Assembly (NCBI RefSeq): GCF_001194135.2
Contig: NC_068994.1
Span: forward strand, 34,824,634 to 34,857,706
Reading direction: 5' to 3'
Origin: Octopus bimaculoides
Taxonomy: Eukaryota
Length of the DNA stretch: 33,073 nucleotides
Below the pieces are notes generated by a model. That model ran no database searches. It saw only the letters and a program-made list of their open reading frames with translations, and was not told the DNA's origin. Shown here piece after piece: positions 13,400 through 24,280 of this stretch (position 1 is the first letter of the stretch; each line of letters opens with the position of its first letter). Position numbers and translations under genes: made by a program.

Positions 13400-13404
<5 letters not shown>

Positions 13405-13555
13405 CGATGAGCTTCTTTCAGTTTCCATCCACCAAATCCACTTACAAAGCTTTGGTCAGCCCAAGACTATAGTAGAAGACACTTGCCCAAGGTACTATGC
13501 AGCAGGACTGAACCCAGAACCATGTGGTTGAAAAGCAATCTTCTTACCACACATT
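13400..13555 (-). mobile_element. SINE family A head
   Basis: Reverse complement of the family A head (GAGCTTCTTTCAGTTTCC...GGACTGAACCCAGAACCATGTGGTTG...ACCACAC). Confidence 0.85.
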
Positions 13556-13559
13556 GTTT

Positions 13560-13765
13560 ATAGTGTTTAGCCCAAGGGTGGTTTTGATCAATGAGACCTA
13601 TATCTGAAGGCATTCCAGCTATGGCCATCCTACCTTCTAAATGGGGTCAAGGACTATGTTATATAATGTGCCCATTCTTTATATAAAATAACATAGTGTG
13701 ACTTTGGTGAAGATTTGGTTGCTATTTCTAGCAGATCTAAAGAATATGTAGAGCCTCTAAACATC
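13560..13765. mobile_element. Probable short interspersed repeat (family E), unclassified
   Basis: Higher-GC block (TTTAGCCCAAGG...GGCATTCCAGC...GATTTGGTTGCTATTTCTAGCAG) that I recognise as repeat-like; only one copy in the window, so not internally confirmed. Confidence 0.4.
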
Positions 13766-14569
13766 ATCTTGTTTCATGTGTGCTGTTTGCGATTGCGCGT
13801 GCGCGTGCATGTGTGTATGTGCATTGCTTGTACATGCATATATGTGTATAACCATGTGTCAGTCATATGCGTATGTACGCACACATATATAACCGTGTAT
13901 GTGCTTGTTCAGATATGCTCGTATGTATGTGAATGTATGTTTACATAATGCCTATGTATATGTGTGAGTATGTTTGTTGCGTAAGTGTGTGTGTGTGTGT
14001 GTGTGACATTAATATTCATTGATATCAAGATTACATAAAGCCAACAAGAAATGTTTCGGTTTTATCACACATCACACCATCTACTGCATATACCACTATT
14101 TACTATACTCTGCTAAACTCTACATAGTACATACCACACACAACATACAATACATGTTAAATACTTTACACAGGCTACTATAGTACACACTATATAATAT
14201 ACACAACACAGTTCATACTATACTTTCCACACAAAACACTGCATGATGCAAGACGGTACACCCTATACACGCAATGTTGTGCACTACACACAAAATGCTG
14301 CAGATTTAGACACATGGATACATTTGCATGGAAAAGCCTAGGATACTTACGCGTCACAATATAAGTTTACAACTTCATTCACACTCACACTCACACACAT
14401 ACACACTCACACAAAAGACCGTCAGCAGAGTTCTATCTCTCACTTCCCTCAGGCTCTCTCACTCTATCTCTTTCTCTCTCTTTCTCTCTAATATAGATAT
14501 AAACAACTAAATTAATCATTATTGTTAAAAGTTCTGGATAAAATAATAAATGTTAAATATGAGCATTAT

Positions 14570-14800
14570 CATCGCTGTTGTTGTTTAACGCCTGTTCTCT
14601 AACCTGGCATGGGTTGCTTGGCTTAGCAGGAGCTGATGACAAGCCAGAACACTATATCGGGCTCCTAATGTCTGCTTTGGCATGGCTTTCTAGGGTTTGA
14701 TGCCCTTCCTAATGCCAACCACTTCAGAGTGTACTGAGTCCTTTTTACATGGCATTGGTACTAGTGAGGACACCAAGGTACTCTCAAGAAAAGACCTTTC
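14570..14800 (-). mobile_element. Family B repeat (RTE-LINE-type 3' tail)
   Basis: Triplet tail, GGCATGGGTTG and GATGCCCTTCCTAATGCCAACCAC; shared with 29503-29700 and, reversed, with 32350-32603. Confidence 0.8.
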
Positions 14801-14849
14801 AACTGAAGTAGCGGTGTAAACAAGTACACACATATGTAAATGTGGTCCA

Positions 14850-15018
14850 TGAGAAGAGCCATTTTAACGATGCATCCTGCCCTAACTCTTCGAAACGCCT
14901 GTGTTAGAATGGGGGAAGCTGATGAAGGAGATGTTCTCTATGTGGCCTGTGTGTTTTCTGTACCTTGTTTATCATTTTGTCTACGCTTTGTTTGCAATGT
15001 CCTGTACCCAGATATGCA
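14850..15018 (+). mobile_element. Family F repeat 3' end (possibly Penelope-like)
   Basis: CTGATGAAGG...TTCTCTATGT...ATGTCCTGTACCCAGATATGCA matches the minus-strand copy at 30198-30360 (CTGATAAAAGG...TTCTTTATGT...ATGTCTTGTACCCATATATGCA). Confidence 0.55.
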
Positions 15019-15337
15019 TCTATATATACAGGTAGATGTAAGTATGTACATACATGTACGTATATATGCATATACTCATTTATTATTTGTATTATATATA
15101 TATATATATATATATATNNNNNNNNNNNNNNNNNNNNNNNNNNNNNNNNNNNNNNNNNNNNNNNNNNNNNNNNNNNNNNNNNNNNNNNNNNNNNNNNNNN
15201 NNNNNNNNNNNNNNNNNNNNNNNNNNNNNNNNNNNNNNNNNNNNNNNNNNNNNNNNNNNNNNNNNNNNNNNNNNNNNNNNNNNNNNNNNNNNNNNNNNNN
15301 NNNNNNNNNNNNNNNNNNNNNNNNNNNNNNNNNNATA

Positions 15338-15464
15338 CAGGGTCCACAAGGTCTGGGTACATGGAGTAAATAAAATCATAACATAAACAATTGAATATAA
15401 AAAACAATAATTTCTTAAAGTATGTGTTAATCCCCATGTATCCAGACTTTGTGTGGACATCCTG
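15338..15464. mobile_element. Tc1/mariner-type MITE, 127 bp
   Basis: Imperfect ~28-bp TIRs CAGGGTCCACAAGGTCTGGGTACATGG ... CCATGTATCCAGACTTTGTGTGGACATCCTG, with TA on both sides (15336-15337, 15465-15466). Confidence 0.85.
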
Positions 15465-15543
15465 TATATACACACACACACACACACACATACTCTAGCT
15501 CACTCGGCAGAAGAAATAAGTTACATCACTGGGCCCAAGCTGC

Positions 15544-15584
<41 letters not shown>

Positions 15585-15730
15585 AGTGTGTCTATGTATA
15601 TATGTTTTTAAAACAGAGAGAGGAAGAAAACACGAGAAAGAGAGAAATTATGTGTTCTTGTGAATGTGTGTGTACTTGGCTATGTTGCAGGGGCTTATAT
15701 TTACGAGGATGTTTTTTTTTTATGTGTGTG

Positions 15731-15796
<66 letters not shown>

Positions 15797-15798
<2 letters not shown>

Positions 15799-16011
15799 AG
15801 GAGGTGCTGAAAAGTCTTTGGTCTTAAGGATATCATGGAAGGTCTGGTTGGAGGCTCAACCTTCCGAGTTCTTTTACAGGGCTCAGTAAAACTGAAGGAC
15901 CAATGCAATAAGTGTGAGAATCTGGGAGAGGGAAATGTTGAATAAAATCATCGTTAACTAACCCTCCTGTATTTTTTTTCTCAAAGCCAGGAACTTTTCA
16001 GTACTCCTTCA
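15797..16011 (+). mobile_element. Mariner-derived MITE, copy 1
   Basis: TIRs GGTGCTGAAAAGT... / ...AAAGCCAGGAACTTTTCAGTACTCC. Internal remnant CNKCENLGEGNVE* (15904-15945) resembles the mariner transposase C-terminus (KC...G.YVE*). A second copy is at 18418-18635. Confidence 0.85.
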
Positions 16012-16539
16012 TATATATGGCAGAAGTGTACATGTACGTCTGAGTGTGTATGCATATGAAAAAGGAAAAGAAAAAGGACAGGCAGGTACAGAGACATTTG
16101 CATGTGTACTCACAAACAGATATAAACATACTGAGAAAAGCAACGTGTATACAAACACATACATAATATACACGCAATTATATATACAATATATANNNNN
16201 NNNNNATATATATATATTAGTGGATGTATTGGTAAATGAGCATGTGGATGTGACCATTTAAGTGGAAATAAGTGGAAATGCCACTTGCAAAAACGATATT
16301 TTCACACACACACACATACATCATGTAAATGTATTGGTTAATTAATGTATATTGATTAATGTCAATATGAACAAATTTAATAGCAACAATTAGAAGTACA
16401 CATTAACAAAAACACCCTCATAAATATAAGCCACGCTACAAAGTAAGGTGCACAAATGTTCACACGAACACACAGCTTCTCTCTTTTTCTCTTTCTCTCT
16501 CTCTCTCTATTTTAACAACACTCACACACAAACACAACA

Positions 16540-16678
16540 CAGCTGAGTGAACTAGAGCAACATGAAAATAAACAAAATGTCTTGCTCAAGAACACAACAC
16601 ACATCCCAGTCCAGGAACTGAACTTGCAACCTCACAACTATAAGCCTGACTTCCTAACCACTGAGCCATATGCCTTCA
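16540..16678 (-). mobile_element. tRNA-derived SINE, family C head
   Basis: Reverse complement of the 27607 head (AGCTGAGTGAACTAGAGCAAC...TGTCTTGCTCAAGAACACAACAC...CTAACCACTGAGCCAT). Confidence 0.8.
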
Positions 16679-16899
16679 TATATATACACACACAGCCACT
16701 AACATGTATATATATATTTATATATATTGTATGTATGTATGTATGGATGTATAGGTAAATGAGCATGTGGATGTAACCATTTAAGTGGAAATGCCATGCT
16801 TGCATATATTTTCACATACACACACATGCATAAACATAACCAGCATATAGTCTCATACACACACACACATTCACACAAACACACACTTTCTCTATTTTG

Positions 16900-16936
<37 letters not shown>

Positions 16937-17176
16937 AACAACACACACACGCACACACACTCACAAACCTCCAAACAAATATACATAATGAAGACACATC
17001 ATTACTTTAACTTCTTCATGGCTCTTTACAGAAAGGTCAATGTAAAGGCAGAGTCCCCAATTTCAAGTCAATCTGATAAGTGCCACGCACAAAACTTTTG
17101 GCCCTTGTGTCAATTTGTAGCTGCTGCTGATTAAAAGTAAAAAACAAAATGTTCCTGGATATACATTACCACACAT

Positions 17177-17345
17177 GCATGGCTGTGCGATGATAAGTTT
17201 GCTTCCAAATCACATGACTCCAGGTTCAGTCCCACTGTGTGGTACTTTTGACAAATGTCTTCTACTATAGCCCTGGGCCAACCACAGCCTTATGAGTGGA
17301 TTTGATAGATAGAAACTGACAGAAGCCCATCATGTGTGTGTATGT
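17177..17345 (+). mobile_element. SINE family A head
   Basis: GCATGGCTGTG...GGTTCAGTCCCACTG...GAGTGGATTTGATAGATAGAAACTG. Confidence 0.85.
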
Positions 17346-17349
17346 GTAT

Positions 17350-17772
17350 ATATATTCTTTTATTCTTTTACTTGTTTCAGTCATTTGTGGCCATGTTGGA
17401 GCACCACCTTTAGTCGAACAAATCAACCCCAGGATTTATTCTTTGTAAGCCTAGTACTTATTCTATGGGTCTCTTTTGTCAAACTGCTAAGTTACGGGGA
17501 CATAAACACACCAACATCAGTTGTTAAGCGATGGTGGGGGACAAACACAGACACACAAACATATACACACACATACATACATACATATATTTATATATAT
17601 ATATATATGACAGGATTCTTTCGGTGTCTGTCTATCAAATCCACTCACAAGGCTTTGGTTGACCTGAGGTTAAAGTAGAAGACACTTGCCAAAGGGGCCA
17701 TGCAGTGGGACTGAACCCAGAACCATGGGATTGGGAAGCAAGTTTCCTACCACAGAGCCACTCCTGTGCCTA
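17350..17772 (-). mobile_element. SINE family A, full length
   Basis: Complete 3' half, internal (CATA)/(TA) tract, and head ending ...AGCCACTCCTGTGCCTA (reverse of TAGGCACAGGAGTGGCT). Confidence 0.9.
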
Positions 17773-17819
17773 GTAAAAAACTGCTTTCGCCCACAGGGGT
17801 GTGCAATACTAAGTGGCAT

Positions 17820-17992
17820 CTAGTGTTGGTTTGTTTACATTCCCATAACTCAGTAGTTTGGCAAAACACACCAACAGACTAAGTACCAGGCTTTAAGAAA
17901 GTAAGTGCTGGGGTCGATTTATTTGACTAAACCTTCATGGCAGTGCCCCAGCATAGTCACAGTTCACTAACTAGAAAAAGTAAAAAATATAA
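17820..17992 (+). mobile_element. SINE family A 3' half
   Basis: GTGTTGGTTTGTTTACATTCCCATAAC...AAGTACCAGGC...GGGGTCGATTTATTTGACTAAA...GCCCCAGCAT. Confidence 0.75.
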
Positions 17993-18069
17993 ATACGTAA
18001 ATATGTGTATGTGTGTGTGTATGTGTATATATATATATATATATAACTAAATATACACACACACACACA

Positions 18070-18400
18070 TATTCTTTTACTGGGGCACTGCTTTGAACTA
18101 TTTACTCAAACAGATCAACCCAGTATTTATTTTCTTCAAGTTCAGTACTTTTTCTTTTGCCAAAGGATGTAAACAAACCAACATGGGTTATCATGCAGTG
18201 GCAGGGTAAAAACAAACACAAATACACACACACACACACAAACATAAGATAAGTTTCCAAGCAATTTTCATCCACCCAATTCACTCACAAGGCATTCACT
18301 GGCCTGGGTTTATTGCTGAAGACACTTTCCCAAGGTACTGCACAGTGAGACTGAACCCAAAACTACATGGCTGCAAAACAGGCTACTTAACCACACAGCT
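18070..18400 (-). mobile_element. SINE family A, decayed
   Basis: 3' half remnant, (CA)n, and head (TTCACTCACAAGGCATT...GAAGACACTTTCCCAAGG...GACTGAACCC...ACCACACAGC). Confidence 0.75.
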
Positions 18401-18417
18401 ACATAAATATATGTCTA

Positions 18418-18635
18418 TGAAGGTGTGCTGAAAAGTTCCTGGCTTTGGGTAAATTAAAATATAGGAGGATCAGTTAATTATAATTTTATTCAACATATCC
18501 ACCTTCTCAGATTCACACATTTATTGCACCAGTCCTTCAGTTTTTCTAAGCCCTGTAAAAGAACTCAGAAGGTTGGGCCTCTAGCCAAACCTTTCATGAT
18601 ACCCTTAAACCCAGGAACTTTTCATCACCCCCTCG
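18418..18635 (-). mobile_element. Mariner-derived MITE, copy 2 (inverted relative to copy 1)
   Basis: ~30-bp TIRs GGTGTGCTGAAAAGTTCCTGGCTTT / AAACCCAGGAACTTTTCATCACCCCCTCG; TA at 18416-18417 and 18636-18637; interior is the reverse complement of 15797-16011. Confidence 0.9.
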
Positions 18636-18638
18636 TAC

Positions 18639-18674
<36 letters not shown>

Positions 18675-18791
18675 GTCTGTCTGTCTACCTGTCTGTCTGT
18701 CTATCTATCTATCTACATATATGTATATANNNNNNNNNNNNNNNNNNNNNNNNNNNNNNNNNNNNNNNNNNNNNNNNNNNNNNNNNNNNNN

Positions 18792-18831
<40 letters not shown>

Positions 18832-18905
18832 TATGTATGTATATACATATATGAACAATGAATGTTAAACGATGAAGATGATGATTATGGTGATATATGT
18901 ATATA

Positions 18906-19322
18906 TAGGTGTAGGTGTGGTTGTGTAGTGAGAAGCTTGTTTCCCAACCACATGGTTCCTCATTCAGTCCCACAGCATGGCAACTTGAGCAAGCATCTCC
19001 TACTATAGCTTTGGGCCAACCAATGCTTCGTGAGTGGATTTGGTAGACGGGAACTGAAAGAAGTCTGTTGTACATATATGTGTGTGTGTGTGTGTATCTA
19101 AGTGGGTGTGTTATTGTGTCTGTGCTTGTCCTCCCATCACCACTTGACAACCAGTGTTGGTTTGTTTAAATCCCTGTAGCTTAGCACTTCAGCAAAAGAG
19201 ACCGATAGAATAAGTACTAGGCTTGAAAAGTGAATCCTGGGGTCAATTTGTTTGACTAAAAGCTCTTCAAGGTAGTGCTCCAGCATGGCAGCAGTCAAAT
19301 AACTGAAACAAGTAAAAGAATA
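18906..19322 (+). mobile_element. SINE family A, full length
   Basis: Head, (TG)n, and 3' half ending GCTCCAGCATGGCAGCAGTCAAATAACTGAAACAAGTAAAAGAATA. Confidence 0.9.
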
Positions 19323-20267
19323 CACACACACACTTACACACACACAAGCATAAATACACATACACACTCACACATACTTGCATTCATATATACATAGAGA
19401 AATGTTCACACATGTATACGTCCGTTCAGATAGTGCAGTTGCTACAAGCTACCGTTGTTATTCTATACCAATACTGATGCATGCTGGATTGTTTACACAC
19501 ACAAACATGTGCTGTCAATTCACACCTACTTTCAGTATATTATTTATTTATACATGCATCTATATTTTATGCCTAGTGAGTGGATATGTGTGTGTGTGTG
19601 TGTGTGCGCATGTGCCAGTGTGTATATATATGTATAAGTGTATAAGTCTATGTGAATTTCAGTCTATATACATATGTGTGTGCATGTGTATATGTCTGTA
19701 TATTCATGCATACATATATAAAGGCACCCAGTTATATATATATATACTCTGTGTGTATCTAAGTAGTGGTGTGTGTGTGTGTGTGTGTGTGTGTGTATCT
19801 ATGCATAAACACAGGCGTGCACACATGTGAAAACAATGCACACAAACACACGACCAGCCAAGCAGTTCTGAATATCAAAAAGTTATAGCGTGTATTTATT
19901 GATGAGAACTCAATCCATTAATTACTATCAGCTTTAGAAAATAGAGTGTTACAATTGTGGAGAAGGCAGAAGGAGGAAGAGAGGAAGGAAAGAGAAGAGG
20001 GGAGAGGCTGGGTGAAGATGCGGGTATTATTAAGCTGGGGCTGATTGGTGATGGCTAACATTGGGTGTATGATAAGCAAGTATCATGATGGTTTTCTTAA
20101 GAGACTACTTGGCCACTCAGATATGGCACTGGACAAACTATCCTATTGTCAAGGATATAAACTGAAAGAAACAAGTCCATGTACACTATGTATGTGAATC
20201 TATATGTGAAAGCATCATGCATACAACACTATGAGTGTGTGTGTAGTTGGGTGTATGCACACATACA

Positions 20268-20350
<83 letters not shown>

Positions 20351-21241
20351 NNNNNNNNNNNNNNNNNNNNNNNNNNNNNNNNNNNNNNNNNNNNNNNNNN
20401 NNNNNNNNNNNNNNNNNNNNNNNNNNNNNNNNNNNNNNNNNNNNNNNNNNNNNNNNNNNNNNNNNNNNNNNNNNNNNNNNNNNNNNNNNNNNNNNNNNNN
20501 NNNNNNNNNNNNNNNNNNNNNNNNNNNNNNNNNNNNNNNNNNNNNNNNNNNNNNNNNNNNNNNNNNNNNNNNNNNNNNNNNNNNNNNNNNNNNNNNNNNN
20601 NNNNNNNNNNNNNNNNNNNNNNNNNNNNNNNNNNNNNNNNNNNNNNNNNNNNNNNNNNNNNNNNNNNNNNNNNNNNNNNNNNNNNNNNNNNNNNNNNNNN
20701 NNNNNNNNNNNNNNNNNNNNNNNNNNNNNNNNNNNNNNNNNNNNNNNNNNNNNNNNNNNNNNNNNNNNNNNNNNNNNNNNNNNNNNNNNNNNNNNNNNNN
20801 NNNNNNNNNNNNNNNNNNNNNNNNNNNNNNNNNNNNNNNNNNNNNNNNNNNNNNNNNNNNNNNNNNNNNNNNNNNNNNNNNNNNNNNNNNNNNNNNNNNN
20901 NNNNNNNNNNNNNNNNNNNNNNNNNNNNNNNNNNNNNNNNNNNNNNNNNNNNNNNNNNNNNNNNNNNNNNNNNNNNNNNNNNNNNNNNNNNNNNNNNNNN
21001 NNNNNNNNNNNNNNNNNNNNNNNNNNNNNNNNNNNNNNNNNNNNNNNNNNNNNNNNNNNNNNNNNNNNNNNNNNNNNNNNNNNNNNNNNNNNNNNNNNNN
21101 NNNNNNNNNNNNNNNNNNNNNNNNNNNNNNNNNNNNNNNNNNNNNNNNNNNNNNNNNNNNNNNNNNNNNNNNNNNNNNNNNNNNNNNNNNNNNNNNNNNN
21201 NNNNNNNNNNNNNNNNNNNNNNNNNNNNNNNNNNNNNNNNN

Positions 21242-21279
<38 letters not shown>

Positions 21280-21669
21280 GAATCAGTGTGTGTATCTATA
21301 TCTTCATATATGTGTGCATGTGTGTATGTTTTAATAAAATTTATTCAAGTTTTTCTCAAAAGAATAAATTATGGTTGGTTGCACACCAAGTGACAAGTCT
21401 GTATTATTTCAGTGAAAACAGCAGCAGGACTCTGGATGTGTGTGTGTGTGTGTGTGCGTGTGTGCGTGTATGTGTGAGCGTATTTGTTAGTGTGTGTGTG
21501 TGTGCGTGCATGTGTGCGTGTATGTGTGAGCGTATTTGTTAGTGTGTGAATATGTCATTGTATGCTTATGTTTGTGAGTATACAATCGATATGAATGCAT
21601 GCTTCTGTGTAACAGAGTCAATTGTGAGTTCTTTGCAAACCTTTTGTAAGTTTTCACTCTACCATGGAC

Positions 21670-21765
21670 ACAGGCATGATTGTATGGTTAGGAAATATGC
21701 TTTTCAGCTACGTGATTCCAGGCTTGATTCCACTGAACAGAATTTTGGGCAAGTGTCTTCTATAA
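21670..21765 (+). mobile_element. SINE family A head fragment, strongly decayed
   Basis: CAGGCATGATTGTATGGTTAGG...TTGGGCAAGTGTCTTCTAT. Confidence 0.55.
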
Positions 21766-21844
21766 TAAAAGTTCTAAGCTGACTAATGCTTTACAAAATG
21801 AACATGATGGTGGCAGCAGCAGTAACCACCACCACCACCACCAC

Positions 21845-22048
21845 CACCATCATCATCATCCAGCTTTCCATGCTTACATTCGTCAGATGCAATTTGTTGA
21901 GGTCATGCAAAAAGCACCCAGTGCACACTACAAAGTGTTTACTGTCAGGAAGGGCATCCAATTGTAGAAAGCTTGCCAAATTAGACAGATCTTAGTATGG
22001 TCCTCTGGTTTCCCAGTTCCTGTTGAACTATTCAACCAATACCAGCTT
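21845..22048 (+). mobile_element. Family B (RTE-type tail): short minus tail fragment (21845-21895) abutting a plus copy (21895-22048)
   Basis: CATCATCATCCAGCTTTCCATGCTT (minus tail); AAAAAGCACCCAGTGCACACTAC...AGGAAGGGCATCCA...GTAGAAA (plus). Confidence 0.7.
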
Positions 22049-22084
22049 ATATATTGGGATCAATGGGAGTATCCACACACACAT

Positions 22085-22131
<47 letters not shown>

Positions 22132-22286
22132 AGATGGGCTGCTTTCGCTTTTCATCAACCAAATCTACTCATAAGGGTTTGGTCAGCCCAGGGCTATAAT
22201 AGGAGAAACTTGCACAAAGTACCATGCAGTGGGACTGAAACTAAACCGGTGTGGTTGGGAAGCAAATTTCTTGACCACACAACCAT
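22132..22286 (-). mobile_element. SINE family A head
   Basis: CCAAATCTACTCATAAGGG...GCAGTGGGACTGAAAC...GTGGTTGGGAAGCAA...ACCACACAACCAT. Confidence 0.8.
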
Positions 22287-22294
22287 AAAATTTT

Positions 22295-22785
22295 AGTTGG
22301 AAATAAAGTAGAAATTCTTGAGGACATCAGTGCATGATTATGAGAAAATTTTAGAATTTGAAACTATTAATGACATCATGGGATGCCGCAGACTAAAGAC
22401 AAATTTAAATGGTTTACTTTTACTGCAAATGTGCAAAGAATTGGATTTTCCTGTTTGTAACATATTCTTTGAACATAAAGAGATTCACAAGGGAACTTGG
22501 ATGTACTCATGCTCCTAGAAATGTCACATGATTGATCATGTACTAACTTAGAAAGAAAGATTTTAATGATGTAAGTGATGTCAAAGTTTTAAGAGACGCA
22601 TAATTTGACATGGATTATCATTATAACCTTCAATAAAGTGAGTTCAAAGGAAGGCCCCAAAATTTTAAAGTAGAATATTCAATGTTTAAAAAGACTTGAT
22701 GCTACAGTCTTAAAAGAAGACAATGTCAGGCACAAGTTAGAGCAAGACTTTAACAATATGGAGGATAGTGCAAATGGGATCATCA
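22295..22785 (+). mobile_element. RTE-clade LINE fragment: C-terminal half of the APE endonuclease, pseudogenised
   Basis: NKVEILEDISA* (cf. DKLILLGDFNAR), NLNGLLLLQMCKELDFPVCNIFFEHKEIHKGTWM (cf. NSNGLLLL.LC....L.ITNT.F.HK..HK.TWMHPRS), HMIDHVL, DVKVLRDA. Confidence 0.85.
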
Positions 22786-22857
22786 TAATCGTTTTAACAT
22801 TCAGCTGTCTATGCTTGCATGGGTTGGATGGAATTTGTGAAGGTAGATTTTCTAGCA

Positions 22858-23330
22858 GCAAGATCTCATCTGTATGTGGAATCAATAATATACACTCTTG
22901 TACATCTTGGTAAAAGGTCATGATTTATTCCTGGATATTATCCAGGAGAGGATCACAGACTGAAATAACAATCATGAAACATTTTCTGGACAGGGAAACC
23001 CTCAGAAGTATAATCTGGTCACTAAAATCCCTGTGGCAGCTCCAGCTGACTAGCAATTCCTGGCTGCATGTCAAAACCTACTACACCATTCCTTTTCTTC
23101 CCCTTTGGTATTTCTTTCCAGGGGAATGTATAACCAGCACCCCTCTCAAAGATATGACCTTCATCACTAAGACAGATTTTAGACGGAGCGGCTATATCAA
23201 TATTATGACAGCTCAATTTTTTTACCTATAACAGCAGTTCTGTGTTTTGGATTTGAAAATGATTACCTATCAAAAAGTGTTCTAACATACCATGCAACAA
23301 TATTCAATGTAATTCTATTCTTTGAAAATT
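22858..23330 (-). mobile_element. RTE-clade LINE fragment: N-terminal half of the APE endonuclease, pseudogenised
   Basis: Minus translation LNIVAWYVRTLFDR...KHRTAVIGKKLSCHNIDIAAPSKICLSDEG...GAGYTFPWK...GVVGF...SDQIILLRVSLS...TFYQDVQECILLIPHTDEILLL (cf. WNVRTL..RRTALIA.EL.RYNIDIAALSETRL.DEG..GYTFFW.G). Confidence 0.88.
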
Positions 23331-23446
23331 CTTCTGGAAATTACTATTCTTCTTGTTTCTCTTACCAATCTGAAATCCTTCAACCACAGTGGACCAGCTT
23401 GATGGTGGAACAGACAACGTTTGGATTATCTTTCCTAGACCTCTCT

Positions 23447-23487
<41 letters not shown>

Positions 23488-23909
23488 ATAAACATACATA
23501 CATACATATGTATAAATGTATGTACGCACATACATACAAAAGTGGCAAGAATATTTTAGCAAGCTGCTAAATTGTTCGTCATTGATTGATCCTTTTTAAA
23601 GAACTTATTTAGTAAATTACATTAAAACACTTTCCTTATCATCCACCACTATTCAATGAAGTGTGAGATGCATTGCGCAAACTTAAAAATAGAAAGTTTC
23701 TGTCACTGATGGAACTTTGCTAACAAAGTCAAATTAGAGTAAATTGGATTCTAGGTTTTTTTTTGTACAACTGAATATATTTATAGGCACAGGCATGGCT
23801 GTGTGGTTGAGAAGTTCATTTTGCAACCACATGTTTGAGCAAATGTCTTTAACTATAGTCCTGGATCACCTAATACTTTGTGAGTGAATTTGGGAGATAG
23901 AAACTGTGG

Positions 23910-24150
23910 AAACGTTAGCACGCCTGGCAAAATGCCTAGCAGTATTTCGTCTGCCGCTACGTTCTGAGTTCAAATTCCACCATGGTCGACTTAGCCTTTC
24001 ATCCTTTCGGGGTCGATTAAATAAGTACCAGTTAAATAAGTACCAGTTAAATAAGTACCAGATATAATTGACTTAATCCGTTTGTTTGTCTTTGTTTGTC
24101 CCTTCTGTGTGTAACCCTTTGTGGGCAGGAAAGAAACAAGAAACTTTGGA
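23910..24150 (+). mobile_element. tRNA-derived SINE, family D (5' truncated)
   Basis: B-box-like GAGTTCAAATTCC and central GCCTTTCATCCTTTCGGGGTCGA; a reverse copy is at 26863-27055. Confidence 0.85.
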
Positions 24151-24156
24151 AACCCT

Positions 24157-24280
<124 letters not shown>

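Noticed and set aside
19850-20200. Purine-rich block with ATTGG and a 42-codon ORF as a possible promoter or small gene
   Set aside because: Such short motifs and ORFs are expected by chance; no supporting structure.
24017-24061. Short direct repeats as a possible CRISPR array
   Set aside because: No spacers, only 15 bp, eukaryotic context, no cas genes.
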